Part shown: piece by piece, positions 39,718 through 51,327 of the stretch | Position numbering within the stretch: the stretch's first letter is position 1 | How the letters are laid out: each line of letters opens with the position of its first letter | Origin: an uncultured Burkholderiaceae bacterium | GTDB taxonomy: Bacteria; Pseudomonadota; Gammaproteobacteria; Burkholderiales; Burkholderiaceae_C | Direction: 5' to 3' | DNA length: 64,000 bases | Assembly: GCA_966251135.1 (NCBI GenBank) | Contig: CBINKC010000003.1 | Coordinates: 9,139-73,138, forward strand | The notes under the pieces: model-generated | Told to the model about the DNA's origin: nothing | What the model saw: the letters and a program-made list of their open reading frames with translations, nothing else | The model's database searches: none | Translations under genes and position numbers: made by a program

Positions 39718-40716
39718 TCAGAACTCTTCGGTATCCACCTCCGCCAAGGTGGCGGGGTTGTAGCGCGGGCCGACGACAGTGCGCGGGTTCACGGCGCGTT
39801 CGACGCGTTCCCACTGCTCCGGGGTTAGCCGCACCTGCAGCGCTCCGAGGTTCTCTTCGAGGTGCGCCATGCGTGTGGTGCCCGGGATCGGCACGATGTG
39901 CTCGCCACGCTGCAGCAGCCACGCCAGCGCCAGCTGTGCCAGCGTGCATCCCGCCTCGCGCGCCACGGCCTGCGCCTCGTCGAGCAGGCGCAGGTTGGCC
40001 GCGTAGTTCTCCGGGCTGAAGCGCGGCATGGCGCGCCGGATGTCCTTGGCGGCGAGGTGCCTCACCTCGCGCAGGGCATCGGTGAGAAAACCGCGGCCGA
40101 GCGGGCTGAAGGCCACGTAGGCGATACCCAGCTCGCGACAGGCGGCCAGCGTGCCCAGCTCCGCATTGCGGCTCCACAGCGAATACTCGGACTGCAGGGC
40201 CGCGATGGGGTGCACCGCATGCGCCCGGCGCAGCGTCGCCGTGGAGACTTCGGACAGCCCGACTGCGCGGATCTTGCCCTCGCGCACCAGCTCGGCCAGG
40301 GCACCGACGCTGTCCTCGATGGGCACCTGCTTGTCCCAGCGATGCAGGTAGTAGAGGTCGATCACGTCCGTGCGCAGCCGGCGCAGGCTCGCTTCGCATG
40401 TGGCCTTCAGCGTGGCCGGGCGGCCATCGATCACCCGCCTGCCGTCCACGCCCTGCATGCCGCACTTGCTGGCGAGCGTGAACTGCGATCGATAGCGCGA
40501 CAGTGCGCTCCCCAGCAGTTCTTCATTGGCCCCGAAGCCGTACAACGCCGCCGTATCGAACAGCGTGACGCCCAGTTCCAGCGCGCGCAGCAGCAGCCGC
40601 GCGGCGTCCCCCGGTGCGGGCGGCACGCCGTAGGCATGGCTCAGGTTCATGCAGCCGAGCCCAAGGGCGGATACCTCGATCGGGCCGATGCGTCGGGTTT
40701 TCATCGATGCGGCCAT
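39718..40716 (-). CDS. Aldo/keto reductase
   Basis: LGLGCM, FDTAALYG, LASKCG, IDLYYLHR, IGLSE, AFSPLGRG, IPGTT. Confidence 0.92.
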   Translation of the reverse strand: MAASMKTRRIGPIEVSALGLGCMNLSHAYGVPPAPGDAARLLLRALELGVTLFDTAALYGFGANEELLGSALSRYRSQFTLASKCGMQGVDGRRVIDGRPATLKATCEASLRRLRTDVIDLYYLHRWDKQVPIEDSVGALAELVREGKIRAVGLSEVSTATLRRAHAVHPIAALQSEYSLWSRNAELGTLAACRELGIAYVAFSPLGRGFLTDALREVRHLAAKDIRRAMPRFSPENYAANLRLLDEAQAVAREAGCTLAQLALAWLLQRGEHIVPIPGTTRMAHLEENLGALQVRLTPEQWERVERAVNPRTVVGPRYNPATLAEVDTEEF

Positions 40717-40720
40717 GGCC

Positions 40721-41686
40721 TCACCCTTGCGTGAGCTGCCGTTCCAGCCGGTCCAGCACTTCGTAGCAGGGCAGCACCTGCGCCACGCTGGCGTTGGGTT
40801 CGCGCCTTTCCCGGATCGCGGCGAAAAACTCCCGGTCCTGGAGTTCGATGCCGTTGGTGGAGACATCGACCTTCGAGACGTCGATCTTCTCTTCCTTGCC
40901 GGTGTAGAGATCGTCGTAGCGAGCGATGTAGGTGCCGGTATCGCCGATGTATCGGAAGAACGTGCCCAGCGGCCCGTCGTTGTTGAACGACAGGCTCAAC
41001 GTGCAGATCGCGCCGTTGGCCGCCTTGAGCTGGATCGACATGTCCATGGCGATGCCCAGCGCGGAATGGGAGGGCCCCTGCAACGCATTGGCCTTCACGA
41101 TCGGGCTGCCCACCTGGTAGGCGAAGAGGTCCACGGTGTGCGCCGCGTGGTGCCACAGCAGGTGGTCGGTCCAGCTGCGCGGCTGGCCCAGCGCGTTGGT
41201 GTTCGTGCGACGGAAGAAATAGGTCTGCACGTCCATCTGGTAGACCTGGAACTCGCCTGCCCTAACCCGGCGATGGACCCACTGGTGGCTGGGATTGAAG
41301 CGCCGCGTGTGGCCGCACATGGCCACGAGCCCCGTCTCGCGCTGCATGCGCACCACGTCCTGGGCATCGGCCAGCCGGTCGGCCAGCGGGATCTCCACCT
41401 GCACGTGCTTGCCGGCCTTCAGGCAGGCAATGGCCTGCGAGGCGTGCATCTGCGTGGGCGTGCACAGGATCACCGCATCGACCTCGGACAGGGCCAGGCT
41501 TTCGTTCAGGTCGGTGGTGCAGTGGCGGATGCCGTACTTGCCGGCCACCTCGCGGGTCTGCTCGGGCTGGCGGCTGACAAGCGAGACGACCTCCACGCCC
41601 GCGATGCTGCGCAGGGCGTCGAGGTGCTTCACACCGAACGCGCCCGCACCGGCGAGCGCGACCTTGATCGTGTTCTGGCGGCTCAT
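40721..41686 (-). CDS. ligC: 4-carboxy-2-hydroxymuconate-6-semialdehyde dehydrogenase (Gfo/Idh/MocA)
   Basis: KVALAGAGAFG, HVQVEIP, RRFNPSHQW, WTDHLLWHHAAHTVD; follows ligAB. Confidence 0.9.
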   Translation of the reverse strand: MSRQNTIKVALAGAGAFGVKHLDALRSIAGVEVVSLVSRQPEQTREVAGKYGIRHCTTDLNESLALSEVDAVILCTPTQMHASQAIACLKAGKHVQVEIPLADRLADAQDVVRMQRETGLVAMCGHTRRFNPSHQWVHRRVRAGEFQVYQMDVQTYFFRRTNTNALGQPRSWTDHLLWHHAAHTVDLFAYQVGSPIVKANALQGPSHSALGIAMDMSIQLKAANGAICTLSLSFNNDGPLGTFFRYIGDTGTYIARYDDLYTGKEEKIDVSKVDVSTNGIELQDREFFAAIRERREPNASVAQVLPCYEVLDRLERQLTQG

Positions 41687-41687
41687 G

Positions 41688-42961
<1,274 letters not shown>

Positions 42962-42992
42962 GGTGTTGTCTCCTGCTCCTGTCGATGCGCCT

Positions 42993-43913
42993 TCAGCCGC
43001 CCGCTTCCTCGGGCCAGTACAGGCGCATCGGGTTGTCCACGAGCAGCTTGCGCTGCATCTCGGGCGTGGTGGCGATGTGCGGGATGAAGTCGACCAGCAA
43101 GCCGTCATCAGGCATGTGGTCCTTGAGGTTGGGATGCGGCCAGTCGGTGCCCCACAGCACGCGGTCGGGAAACGCCTCGACCACGCGGCGCGCGAACGGC
43201 ACCACGTCGCGGTAGGGGTTGCGCTCGCCGTGGAGCGCGGGCGGCCCGCTCACCGACAGCCGCTCGGGACAGCTCACCTTGCTCCACACATTGGGGTGCT
43301 CGCGCATGAACTCCAGGAAGAGCGAGAACTCCGGGCCGTCGAGGGGCTGAGTCACATCGGGGCGACCCATGTGGTCGACCACCACGCCGGTGGGCAGCGC
43401 GGTGAAGAAATCCCACAGTTCCGGCAGGTCCTGCGCCTCGAAGTAGATGACCACGTGCCAGCCCCGCTGCGCGATGCGCCCGGCGATCTCCATCAACTCG
43501 TCCTTGGGCGTGAAGTCCACCAGCCGCTTGACGAAGTTGAAGCGCACGCCGCGCACACCGGCGTCGTGCATGGCCTGCAGCTCGGCGTCGGCCACGTCGC
43601 GGCGCACCGTGGCGACACCACGCGCCCGCCCGCCGGAATGCACGAGCGCATCGACCATGGCGCGGTTGTCCGCGCCGTGGCAGGTGGCCTGCACCACCAC
43701 GTTGCGAGCGAAGCCGAGGTGGTCGCGCAGGGCATAGAGCTGCTCCTTGCTCGCGTCGCAGGGCGTGTACTTGCGCTCCGGGGCATAGGGGAACTGCTCG
43801 CCCGGGCCGAACACGTGGCAGTGCGCATCCACCGCGCCGGGCGGCACCTGGAAGTGCGGCTTGCTGGGGTGGGGGGTCCAGTCGAGCCAGCCGGGGGTCT
43901 TCTGGAATTCCAT
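42993..43913 (-). CDS. ligI: 2-pyrone-4,6-dicarboxylate lactonase
   Basis: VDAHCHVFGP, YTPCDA, VQATCHG, DHMGRP, WGTDWPHPN. Confidence 0.93.
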   Translation of the reverse strand: MEFQKTPGWLDWTPHPSKPHFQVPPGAVDAHCHVFGPGEQFPYAPERKYTPCDASKEQLYALRDHLGFARNVVVQATCHGADNRAMVDALVHSGGRARGVATVRRDVADAELQAMHDAGVRGVRFNFVKRLVDFTPKDELMEIAGRIAQRGWHVVIYFEAQDLPELWDFFTALPTGVVVDHMGRPDVTQPLDGPEFSLFLEFMREHPNVWSKVSCPERLSVSGPPALHGERNPYRDVVPFARRVVEAFPDRVLWGTDWPHPNLKDHMPDDGLLVDFIPHIATTPEMQRKLLVDNPMRLYWPEEAGG

Positions 43914-43918
43914 GGCGG

Positions 43919-44845
43919 TCAGTCCTTGTTCGTGCGGACGTGCCTGAGGATGCGGTCGGCCTCGGTGCGCCAGTCGGGGCTGCGCGCGAACTCCTGGCTG
44001 CCGCGCGGGCCGAAGAGCCCCGCGTCGGCAAGATCGGCGACCCAGGCCTGGCGCTCGGCCGTGCCGCTGGCCGACCACGGCTCCAGGCCCGCCTCGCGCA
44101 CGGTCTCGGCCACCTCGCGCACTTCCTCGCTGCGGCGGCGGCCGTGCTCGATCACGCGCTGGAAGAAGTAGGCCGCCTGCTTCTCCCAGTCGATGCCGGG
44201 GAAGGTTTCGGCCAGCGAGGCGATGACCGCATCTTCCACGCCGTAATGGCGCGCCGCCGTGAAGCTCTCGATGACCATGGCCTCCAGGCCCTTGATCATC
44301 ACGCTGCGGCACATCTTGGTGGCCGAGGCCACGCCCAGCTTCTCGCTCGCGACCTTCGCGTCGAAGCCCAGCGCATGGAGGAGCGGCGCCAGCTCGGCCG
44401 CGCCCGCGCCGCCCAGCAGCAAGGGCACGTTGATGCGATACGGCGGAATCGAGGTCATCACCGCCCCTTCGACATAACGGCCGCCCGCGCCATCGATGAG
44501 CGCGGCCGCGCGCTGCTTGGCGCCCGGCGAAGCGGAGTTGAAGTCGAGAAACCAGGCGCCACGCCTTACGGCCGGCGCGCAAGCCTCGGCCACGGGCACG
44601 GCCTGGCTCGCAGTGACCGCAGACACGATGAAGTCGGCACACGAGGCCAGTTCCGCATGCGAGCCCACGAGCGACACGCCGCGCGCACCGGCGTGGTCAT
44701 GCAGCTCACCGGCCTGCGACCCGCCCAGCTTCAGGTCATAGGCACTGACCTGCACGCCTTGCGCACCGAGGTCTTCGGCCAGGATGCGTCCGACCTCGCC
44801 ATAGCCCACGAGGCCCACATGCCATTGCTTGGGGTCGATCGTCAT
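43919..44845 (-). CDS. NAD(P)-dependent oxidoreductase, DUF1932/6PGD-like
   Basis: GLVGYGEVG, DFNSASP, KMCRSVMIKGLEA. Confidence 0.82.
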   Translation of the reverse strand: MTIDPKQWHVGLVGYGEVGRILAEDLGAQGVQVSAYDLKLGGSQAGELHDHAGARGVSLVGSHAELASCADFIVSAVTASQAVPVAEACAPAVRRGAWFLDFNSASPGAKQRAAALIDGAGGRYVEGAVMTSIPPYRINVPLLLGGAGAAELAPLLHALGFDAKVASEKLGVASATKMCRSVMIKGLEAMVIESFTAARHYGVEDAVIASLAETFPGIDWEKQAAYFFQRVIEHGRRRSEEVREVAETVREAGLEPWSASGTAERQAWVADLADAGLFGPRGSQEFARSPDWRTEADRILRHVRTNKD

Positions 44846-44854
44846 CGCGCCCGC

Positions 44855-45538
44855 TCAGTCCATGTAGCGCAGGCCCGCCTTCTCCAGCGGCTCGCGCATC
44901 TTGTACATGTCCAGGCCCAGCACCCCGGAGGCGAGCGTCTCGCGCTTCTGGCCTTCGTTGGCCTCGCGGGTGGTGGCCGCTGCCAGCGCCATGGCCGCCA
45001 GCGCGCGGGGCACGCAGACCACGCCGTCGTCATCGGCCACGATCACGTCGCCCGGCGTGACGAGCGCGCCGGCACACACGACCGGGATGTTCACCGAGCC
45101 GAGCGTCGCCTTGATCGTGCCCTTGGAGCTGATGGCCTTGCTCCACACCGGAAACTTCATCTCGGCCAGGGTGCGGATGTCCCTCACGCCGGCATCGATG
45201 ACGAGTGCGCGTGCGCCGCGAGCCTGGAACGAGGTGGCCAGCAAATCACCGAAGTAGCCGTCCGTGCATTCGGAGGTGACCGCGGCCACGACGACATCGC
45301 CGGGACGGATCTGCTCGGCCGCGACGTGCAACATCCAGTTGTCCCCGGGTTGCAGCAGCACGGTGACCGCCGGGCCCGAAACCTGCGCACCCGCATAGAT
45401 GGGCCGCATGTAAGGCTTGAGCAGGCCGACACGGCCCATCGCCTCGTGCACCGTGGCGCTCCCGAAGCGGGCGAGCGGCCCGGCGATGGCGGCATCCGTG
45501 CGCTGGATGTTGCGGTAGACCACTCCGAGTTCGTACAT
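44855..45538 (-). CDS. ligK: 4-carboxy-4-hydroxy-2-oxoadipate aldolase / oxaloacetate decarboxylase
   Basis: [41 protein letters not shown]. Confidence 0.94.
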   Translation of the reverse strand: MYELGVVYRNIQRTDAAIAGPLARFGSATVHEAMGRVGLLKPYMRPIYAGAQVSGPAVTVLLQPGDNWMLHVAAEQIRPGDVVVAAVTSECTDGYFGDLLATSFQARGARALVIDAGVRDIRTLAEMKFPVWSKAISSKGTIKATLGSVNIPVVCAGALVTPGDVIVADDDGVVCVPRALAAMALAAATTREANEGQKRETLASGVLGLDMYKMREPLEKAGLRYMD

Positions 45539-45539
45539 C

Positions 45540-46565
45540 TCACTTCCCCTTGGCCTTGAGTGCGGCGTCGAGGCGCGGGTAGACCCGCCGCGCGTTGCCC
45601 TCGTAGATCTTGTGGCGCTGCTCGGCATTCATGGCCGACGCCTCGATATAGCGCCGGGTGTCGTCGTAGTGGTGCCCGGTCTCGGGATCGATGCCGCGTA
45701 CCGCACCGATCATCTCGCTGGCGAACAGGATGTTGTCGATGGGGATCACCTTCGTCAGCAGGTCGATGCCCGGCTGGTGATAGACGCAGGTATCGAAGTA
45801 GATGTTGTCGAGCAAATGGTCCTTCAGCAGCGGCTTCTTCAGCTCCTGGGCGAGGCCGCGAAAGCGCCCCCAGTGATAGGGCACCGCGCCGCCGCCATGC
45901 GGAATCACGAACTTGAGGTCGGGGAAGTCCTTGAACAGGTCGCCAGTCAGGCACTGCATGAAGGCCGTCGTGTCGGCATTGAGGTAGTGCGCCCCTGTGG
46001 TGTGGAAGCACGGGTTGCAGCTCGTGCTCACGTGGATCATGGCGGGAATGCGGTACTCGACCATCTTTTCGTAGATGGGGTACCAGTGCCGGTCCGTCAG
46101 CGGCGGCGAGTTCCAGTGGCCGCCCGAAGGATCGGGGTTGAGGTTGATGGCGACGAAACCATACTCATTGACGCACTTCTCCAGCTCCGGGATGCAGGTC
46201 TTCGGGTCCACGCCTGGTGACTGGGGCAGCATGGCTGCGCCGATGAAGTGATCGGGAAAGCGCTGCGACACCCGATAGCACAGCTCGTTGCAGATGGCCG
46301 CCCAGGTGGACGACACCTCGAAGTCGCCGATGTGGTGGGCCATGAAGCTGGCGCGCGGGCTGAACACCGTGAGGTCCGAGCCGCGCTCCTTCATGAACCG
46401 GAGCTGGTTGGCCTCGATGGACTCGCGCAGCTCGTCGTCCGAGATCTTCAGGTCGGCCACCTTGGGCTTCACCGCGGGGTCCTCGATCCCGGCGATCTGC
46501 TGGTGGCGCCAACTCTCCAACGCCTTGGGTGCCGTGGTGTAGTGACCGTGGCAGTCGATGATCAT
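45540..46565 (-). CDS. ligJ: 4-oxalomesaconate hydratase
   Basis: [45 protein letters not shown]. Confidence 0.94.
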   Translation of the reverse strand: MIIDCHGHYTTAPKALESWRHQQIAGIEDPAVKPKVADLKISDDELRESIEANQLRFMKERGSDLTVFSPRASFMAHHIGDFEVSSTWAAICNELCYRVSQRFPDHFIGAAMLPQSPGVDPKTCIPELEKCVNEYGFVAINLNPDPSGGHWNSPPLTDRHWYPIYEKMVEYRIPAMIHVSTSCNPCFHTTGAHYLNADTTAFMQCLTGDLFKDFPDLKFVIPHGGGAVPYHWGRFRGLAQELKKPLLKDHLLDNIYFDTCVYHQPGIDLLTKVIPIDNILFASEMIGAVRGIDPETGHHYDDTRRYIEASAMNAEQRHKIYEGNARRVYPRLDAALKAKGK

Positions 46566-46609
46566 CGTCGCGGTCTCCAGATGTCGTGCAGGAGGTGTGT
46601 GTTGCAGGT

Positions 46610-47299
46610 TCAGGCAGGCTCCATGCCTTGCCGCCGCTTCGCCTCGGCCGCCTCGGGCGAGGCCATGAAGTCGAGCAGCGCCCGTGCGGCTTCGGGCTGC
46701 GTGGAGGCGGCGCACAGACCGCCCGAGAACGTGGTCAGGATCTCCAGGCCCGGCGGCATGGGGCCGAGCACCTCGATGCCCTCCAGATGCATCAGCTCGC
46801 TGCGCTGCTGGAACCCCAGCTCCACCTCACCGCGTGCCACCAAGGCTCCCACCGGCACGCCGGGCGGGGCCTGCACGATGCGCCCGTGCAGGGTTTCGGT
46901 GATGCCCCAGCGTTCGAAGAGCTCTTGCAGCGCCACGCCACTCGGGCCGGTGGAATAGCCCAGCGTGCGGGCCGCGAGCACGGCGCCACGCAGCGCCTCT
47001 TCGGAGCCGATGTCCGGACGCGGCGCCCCCAGTCGCACCGCGATGGCCACGCCGGAGCGCACCAGATCGGTCTTGCTGTCGCGCCACACGCGGCCGGCGG
47101 CGATGAGCTTGTCGATGGCATCCGAGGCGAGCACGACCACATCGAAAGGCTCGCCAGCCTGCACCCGCCGGGCGGCATCGACTCCGCCTACGGATTCGAA
47201 CGTCACCACCACGCCGCTGCGCCTCTCGCAGGCCCCGGCCAACTCGGCAAGCACCTGGCGCGTGGCCATGGACGAAATGCCGGTGATCCTCGTCGTCAT
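46610..47299 (-). CDS. ModA-like substrate-binding-fold protein lacking a signal peptide
   Basis: ISSMAT..VL, FESVGG, FDVVVLA, RSGVAIAVR.G, YSTGPSG, GFQQRSEL; starts directly with the mature domain. Confidence 0.8.
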   Translation of the reverse strand: MTTRITGISSMATRQVLAELAGACERRSGVVVTFESVGGVDAARRVQAGEPFDVVVLASDAIDKLIAAGRVWRDSKTDLVRSGVAIAVRLGAPRPDIGSEEALRGAVLAARTLGYSTGPSGVALQELFERWGITETLHGRIVQAPPGVPVGALVARGEVELGFQQRSELMHLEGIEVLGPMPPGLEILTTFSGGLCAASTQPEAARALLDFMASPEAAEAKRRQGMEPA

Positions 47300-47574
47300 G
47301 TCGGACTCCGCAACCCCGGCGCGGCGTGGTGCATCGGGGCAGGCCATGGAGGGGGGCTCACCGTCATTCTCGTCAAGTGCTCTGCCAGCGAAGTCGGTGA
47401 GGGGATTCACACAGCGCCAATGCCGCCCCGCCCGCTGCGACCCGAACCTGCCGATGCGCCGTGCCGACCGTCTGTTCCGAGTCGTGCAGATTCCGAGATG
47501 AACCCGGCCACACGCTCGCCGACCTGTTCCGGACCGTCGAGAGCGAACGATGCGAGGACGCAGCACCCCCGGCC

Positions 47575-47730
47575 TCAATCGCTCTTGACGTCGCGAGCCT
47601 TGACGATCGCGGCGTAGCGCCGGCTGTCTTTCTTCAGCTTGCCCTCGCGCACGTGGCTGGTCTTTTTGGTCGGCCATGGGGCCTGCCGAGCGTAGGCACC
47701 GGCGCCCACGATGCCCACTTGTGTACGCAT
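47575..47730 (-). pseudogene. Chimeric deletion scar: flavoprotein monooxygenase (PobA-like) start fused to a Bug-protein C-terminus
   Basis: MRTQVGIVGAG...VREGKLKKDSRRYAAIVKARDVKSD*; strong GAGGAGG RBS just after the upstream Bug stop. Confidence 0.55.
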
Positions 47731-47742
47731 GGCCGTCCCTCC

Positions 47743-48714
47743 TCAGCCGTTCCGCGGCAGGCCCAGCGCCTTGATGAGCCTGGCGTACTTGGCGGTCTCG
47801 TCCTGCTGGAACTTGCGCAGCTGCTCGGGCGTGCTGGCGACCACGGTCACGCCGTCCTTCACCAGCGATTCGCGCAGCTTCGGATCGGCGAAGGCCTTCA
47901 CCGTCTCCTGGTGCAGCCGCTGCACGATTGGTGCAGGCGTGCCCGCGGGCGCGTACAGGCCGAACCACAACAGCACCTCGTAGCCCTTTACGCCCGCCTC
48001 CGACATGGTGGGCAAGTTCGGCACAGCCGGCGAGCGCTCCAGGCTCGTCACTGCCAACGCCTTGAGCTTGCCGGTATTCACCAGCGGCAGCGACAGCGCC
48101 GTGCTGTCGAACAGGATGTCCACGTGCCCGCCCAGCGCGTCCTGCACCGCCTGCGCCGGGCCCTTGGCCGGCACGTGCAGCAGCTTCACACCGGCCATCG
48201 AAACCAGCATCTCGCCCGCGATGTGCCCCGAGGTGCCGATACCGGCCGAGGTGTAGGTGAGCTTGCCGGGGTTGGCCTTGGCCTGCGCGATGAGGTCACC
48301 CACGCTCTTGGCGGGATTCGACGGCTGCACCAGCAGCATGTTCGGCACCTTGGTCAGCAGGCTGACCGGCTCGAAGTCCTTGGCCGGGTCATAGGGCAGC
48401 TTCATCAGGCTCGCGTTGATGGCATGCGACGCATGCGATCCCATCAGGATGGTGTAGCCATCGGGCTGGGCCCTCGCCACGAAGTCGCTCCCGATCGTGG
48501 CGCCAGCCCCGGCCTTGTTCTCCACCACCACGGGCTGCCCCATCGACTCCTGCATCTTCTCGGCCAGCGAGCGGGCGATGCGGTCGGTCAGGCCGCCCGG
48601 TGGAAACGGCACGACGAACTTGATCGGCTTGTCGGGATACCCAGCCGGCGTGGCGTGAGCAGCAGGCAGCAGCGCGGCCAGCACAGAGGCCGCCAGTACG
48701 GTTCTACGCTTCAT
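47743..48714 (-). CDS. Bug/TctC substrate-binding protein
   Basis: YPDKPIKFVVPFPPGG, VVVENKAGAG, PDGYTIL. Confidence 0.93.
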   Translation of the reverse strand: MKRRTVLAASVLAALLPAAHATPAGYPDKPIKFVVPFPPGGLTDRIARSLAEKMQESMGQPVVVENKAGAGATIGSDFVARAQPDGYTILMGSHASHAINASLMKLPYDPAKDFEPVSLLTKVPNMLLVQPSNPAKSVGDLIAQAKANPGKLTYTSAGIGTSGHIAGEMLVSMAGVKLLHVPAKGPAQAVQDALGGHVDILFDSTALSLPLVNTGKLKALAVTSLERSPAVPNLPTMSEAGVKGYEVLLWFGLYAPAGTPAPIVQRLHQETVKAFADPKLRESLVKDGVTVVASTPEQLRKFQQDETAKYARLIKALGLPRNG

Positions 48715-49766
48715 GTGGTCATCTCCTTGGCCTTGGCGCCGGGGCTCTCCTCGGCCGCAGCCATCTGTTCAAGCAGCCGGCGCACGCGCGAGGGCCCGGC
48801 ATCAATGGCCAGCCACGTGTACTGGCGCACGCCCGTGACCTCCTGCTCATGCTGCACGGCGGTGCACATCACGTTGTCTTCGCAGAAGGTCGCGTCCATC
48901 CCCTTGGCAAGCTCCTTCTGGAAATCGGGATCACCCACGCGGAAATTGCGCACGTGCATCCAGAAGAAGTGCGTGGAGTTGTCCGTCTCGGGCGTGAGGA
49001 ACTTGTAGCTGAACGCGCGCAGCCCGCGGTCCATGTTCTCCTCGGTGTGCTCCTGGCCCGCGTCCATGGTCGCCACATCCACCCGCGACACGCAGGGCGC
49101 GAAGTAGTTGTAGTACTGGCAGCGGTCGGTGAGCCCCTTGAAGTTGCCGTGGTTCTGGTCGATGGGCGGCGGCGGCGCGTTGTCGGTCCAGCGCCAGCTG
49201 ACCACGTGGTCGCCTTCCTGCTCCACCTTCACCGGCACGTCGCTTGCGGCCGGGTTGCCGATGGTGCCCACGTGCACGAAGGTGGTGTGCGCGGGATCCT
49301 GCAGGTTCTCGGCGATGTTGAGGTAATCGCAGCCATGCTTCTGGTAGCCGCCGTCGATGACGGCCCAACCCGGCTCGCCGTAGCGCAGCACGCGGTGGAT
49401 CTTGGAGGGATCGGCCAGCGCCGGGTCGCCCATCCAGATCCAGATCGCGTTGTAGCGCTCGGCCACCGGGAAGCTGCGCACTTTCGCGGTGGGCGGGATC
49501 TGCTCCTGACCCGGGATGCGGGTGCACTGGCCCGAGCAGTCGAACACCAGCCCGTGGTAGCCGCACTCCACGGCATCGCCGACCAGCCGGCCCAGCGACA
49601 GTGGTGCGAGCTTGTGCGCGCAGCGGTCGATGAGTGCCGCCGGCGTGCCGTCTTGCTTGCGGTACAGCACGATGGGCTCGTTGAGGATGCGTCGCTTGAA
49701 GAGCGTGCGGCCGACCTCGTGCGACCACGCCGCGACGTACCAAGCGTTCCTGATGAACTTGGTCAC
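48711..49766 (-). CDS. Rieske non-heme iron oxygenase, VanA-like O-demethylase family
   Basis: NAWYVAAW, CAH...CGYHG Rieske ligands, ENLQDPAHTTFVH, EDNVMC. Confidence 0.88.
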   Translation of the reverse strand: MTKFIRNAWYVAAWSHEVGRTLFKRRILNEPIVLYRKQDGTPAALIDRCAHKLAPLSLGRLVGDAVECGYHGLVFDCSGQCTRIPGQEQIPPTAKVRSFPVAERYNAIWIWMGDPALADPSKIHRVLRYGEPGWAVIDGGYQKHGCDYLNIAENLQDPAHTTFVHVGTIGNPAASDVPVKVEQEGDHVVSWRWTDNAPPPPIDQNHGNFKGLTDRCQYYNYFAPCVSRVDVATMDAGQEHTEENMDRGLRAFSYKFLTPETDNSTHFFWMHVRNFRVGDPDFQKELAKGMDATFCEDNVMCTAVQHEQEVTGVRQYTWLAIDAGPSRVRRLLEQMAAAEESPGAKAKEMTT

Positions 49767-49814
49767 AGCTTTACTCCTGATGGCGGTGGCGGGGCGTAGC
49801 GCCCCGCATGGTGG

Positions 49815-50657
49815 TTACGGGCGGTCCGTGAAGGTCACAAGCCCCATGCCGCTGGTCATCGGCGCGTAGTAGTTGCGGTGCACGCGTCGCACCTCGTCCT
49901 TGAGCGCACCGCGCATCACCAGCCACATGATCAGTTCCACGGCCTCGGCCCCGGCGGCGGCCATGATGTCCTTGTGCGTCAACTGGGTAAGCGCCGCCGG
50001 GTCGGTTTCGAGCTTGTCCAGGAAGTCGTTGTCCCACTGCGAGTTCATGTGGCCCATGCGCTCGCCATGCAGTTGGTGCGACATGCCCCCGGTGCCGACA
50101 ATCGCCACGCGTAGGTCCTTCGGGTACGAGTCGACCGCGTCGCGGATCGCCCGGCCCAGCTTGAAGCACCGGGCCGCCGTGGGCAGCGGGTGCAGCAGCA
50201 CGTTCACAACGACCGGCACCACCTTCACGCCCCAGTCCGGCTCATGCGAGAAGAGCAATGGCAGCGGCACCAACAGGCCGTGGTCCACCTTCATCTCCTG
50301 GCACACGGTGATGTCGAACTCGTCATTGATGAGCGACTTGATGATGTGCCACGAGAAGTCCGCGTCGCCCGGCACCACCGGCAGCTTGCGCGGGCCGAAG
50401 CCCTCGTCGCCGACGGCGTACTCGTCGGCCGCGCCGATCGCAAACGTCGGGTACTTGTCGAAGAAGAAGTCCGTGCCATGGTCGTTGTAGACCACGATGG
50501 CCACATCGGGCTTCGCCTCGGTCTCCAGCCATTGCTTGACCGGAACGTAGCCGTCGAAGAGCGGCTTCCATGTGGAGTCGACCTGCTTCTGCGTGTCGTA
50601 CGCGCGACCGATGGAGGGGACATGCGAGCTTCCGATGCCCGCGACGATCTTGCCCAT
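49815..50657 (-). CDS. Second class III extradiol dioxygenase beta subunit (LigB-like)
   Basis: SSHVPSIG, VYNDHG, VDHGLLVP, GGMSHQLHG, AEAVEL. Confidence 0.9.
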   Translation of the reverse strand: MGKIVAGIGSSHVPSIGRAYDTQKQVDSTWKPLFDGYVPVKQWLETEAKPDVAIVVYNDHGTDFFFDKYPTFAIGAADEYAVGDEGFGPRKLPVVPGDADFSWHIIKSLINDEFDITVCQEMKVDHGLLVPLPLLFSHEPDWGVKVVPVVVNVLLHPLPTAARCFKLGRAIRDAVDSYPKDLRVAIVGTGGMSHQLHGERMGHMNSQWDNDFLDKLETDPAALTQLTHKDIMAAAGAEAVELIMWLVMRGALKDEVRRVHRNYYAPMTSGMGLVTFTDRP

Positions 50658-50659
50658 GT

Positions 50660-51037
50660 TCAAACTGCTCCTTTGCCACTGCGCGTCTGGAGGAACTGCT
50701 CCAGCGTCTCGCCGCGTTGTTGCGCGCCCATCGTGTACAGGCCCACGCCGAGGCACTCGGCCACCTTGATCATCAGGTAGACGTTGCCGCCAAGGTCCTT
50801 GATCAGATGCAGCCAATCTTGGCCACGCACGGCCTGCTTCTGCGCTTCGCTCAGGCCGTACTTCGCCATGTACGCTTCCCTATCCGCCTTGAAGGCCTCG
50901 CGGTTCTCGGGCTTGGTCAGTGACATGCACATCTTGTTGAAGGGGTAACCGATCCTCGAACGCGTGTAGTCGAACGGATAGGTGCCCGGGATACCCCAAT
51001 CCTGAGGCTGCATCTCCGGGGACTTGGTCTCTTCCAT
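50660..51037 (-). CDS. Second LigA-like alpha subunit
   Basis: IPGTYPFD, GYPFNKMCMSL, GGNVYLMIK. Confidence 0.88.
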   Translation of the reverse strand: MEETKSPEMQPQDWGIPGTYPFDYTRSRIGYPFNKMCMSLTKPENREAFKADREAYMAKYGLSEAQKQAVRGQDWLHLIKDLGGNVYLMIKVAECLGVGLYTMGAQQRGETLEQFLQTRSGKGAV

Positions 51038-51327
51038 GGTGTCTCCTGTTGTCGTTGCTGAGGAATTGCGGCGACGATCACGCCGCGCCAACGCTGGATC
51101 TCCGCACGCCCGCCCTACCCCGAAAGCAGCCAACGACCAAGGCCAGGATGAGTAGAAATTTCATGGAACCGCGGGGGCAAGGGCGCATACCGCGCGTCTA
51201 TCGCGAGGGCCGCAAACGACGTGCCGAAACGTGACGCAGATCAAGGCCCGCAGCTTAGGGAAAGCGTCTCCCGGCGATAAGCCGGTACCGCGTGGACACA
51301 CTGTCCACCCCGCCGGACAATCTTTCG

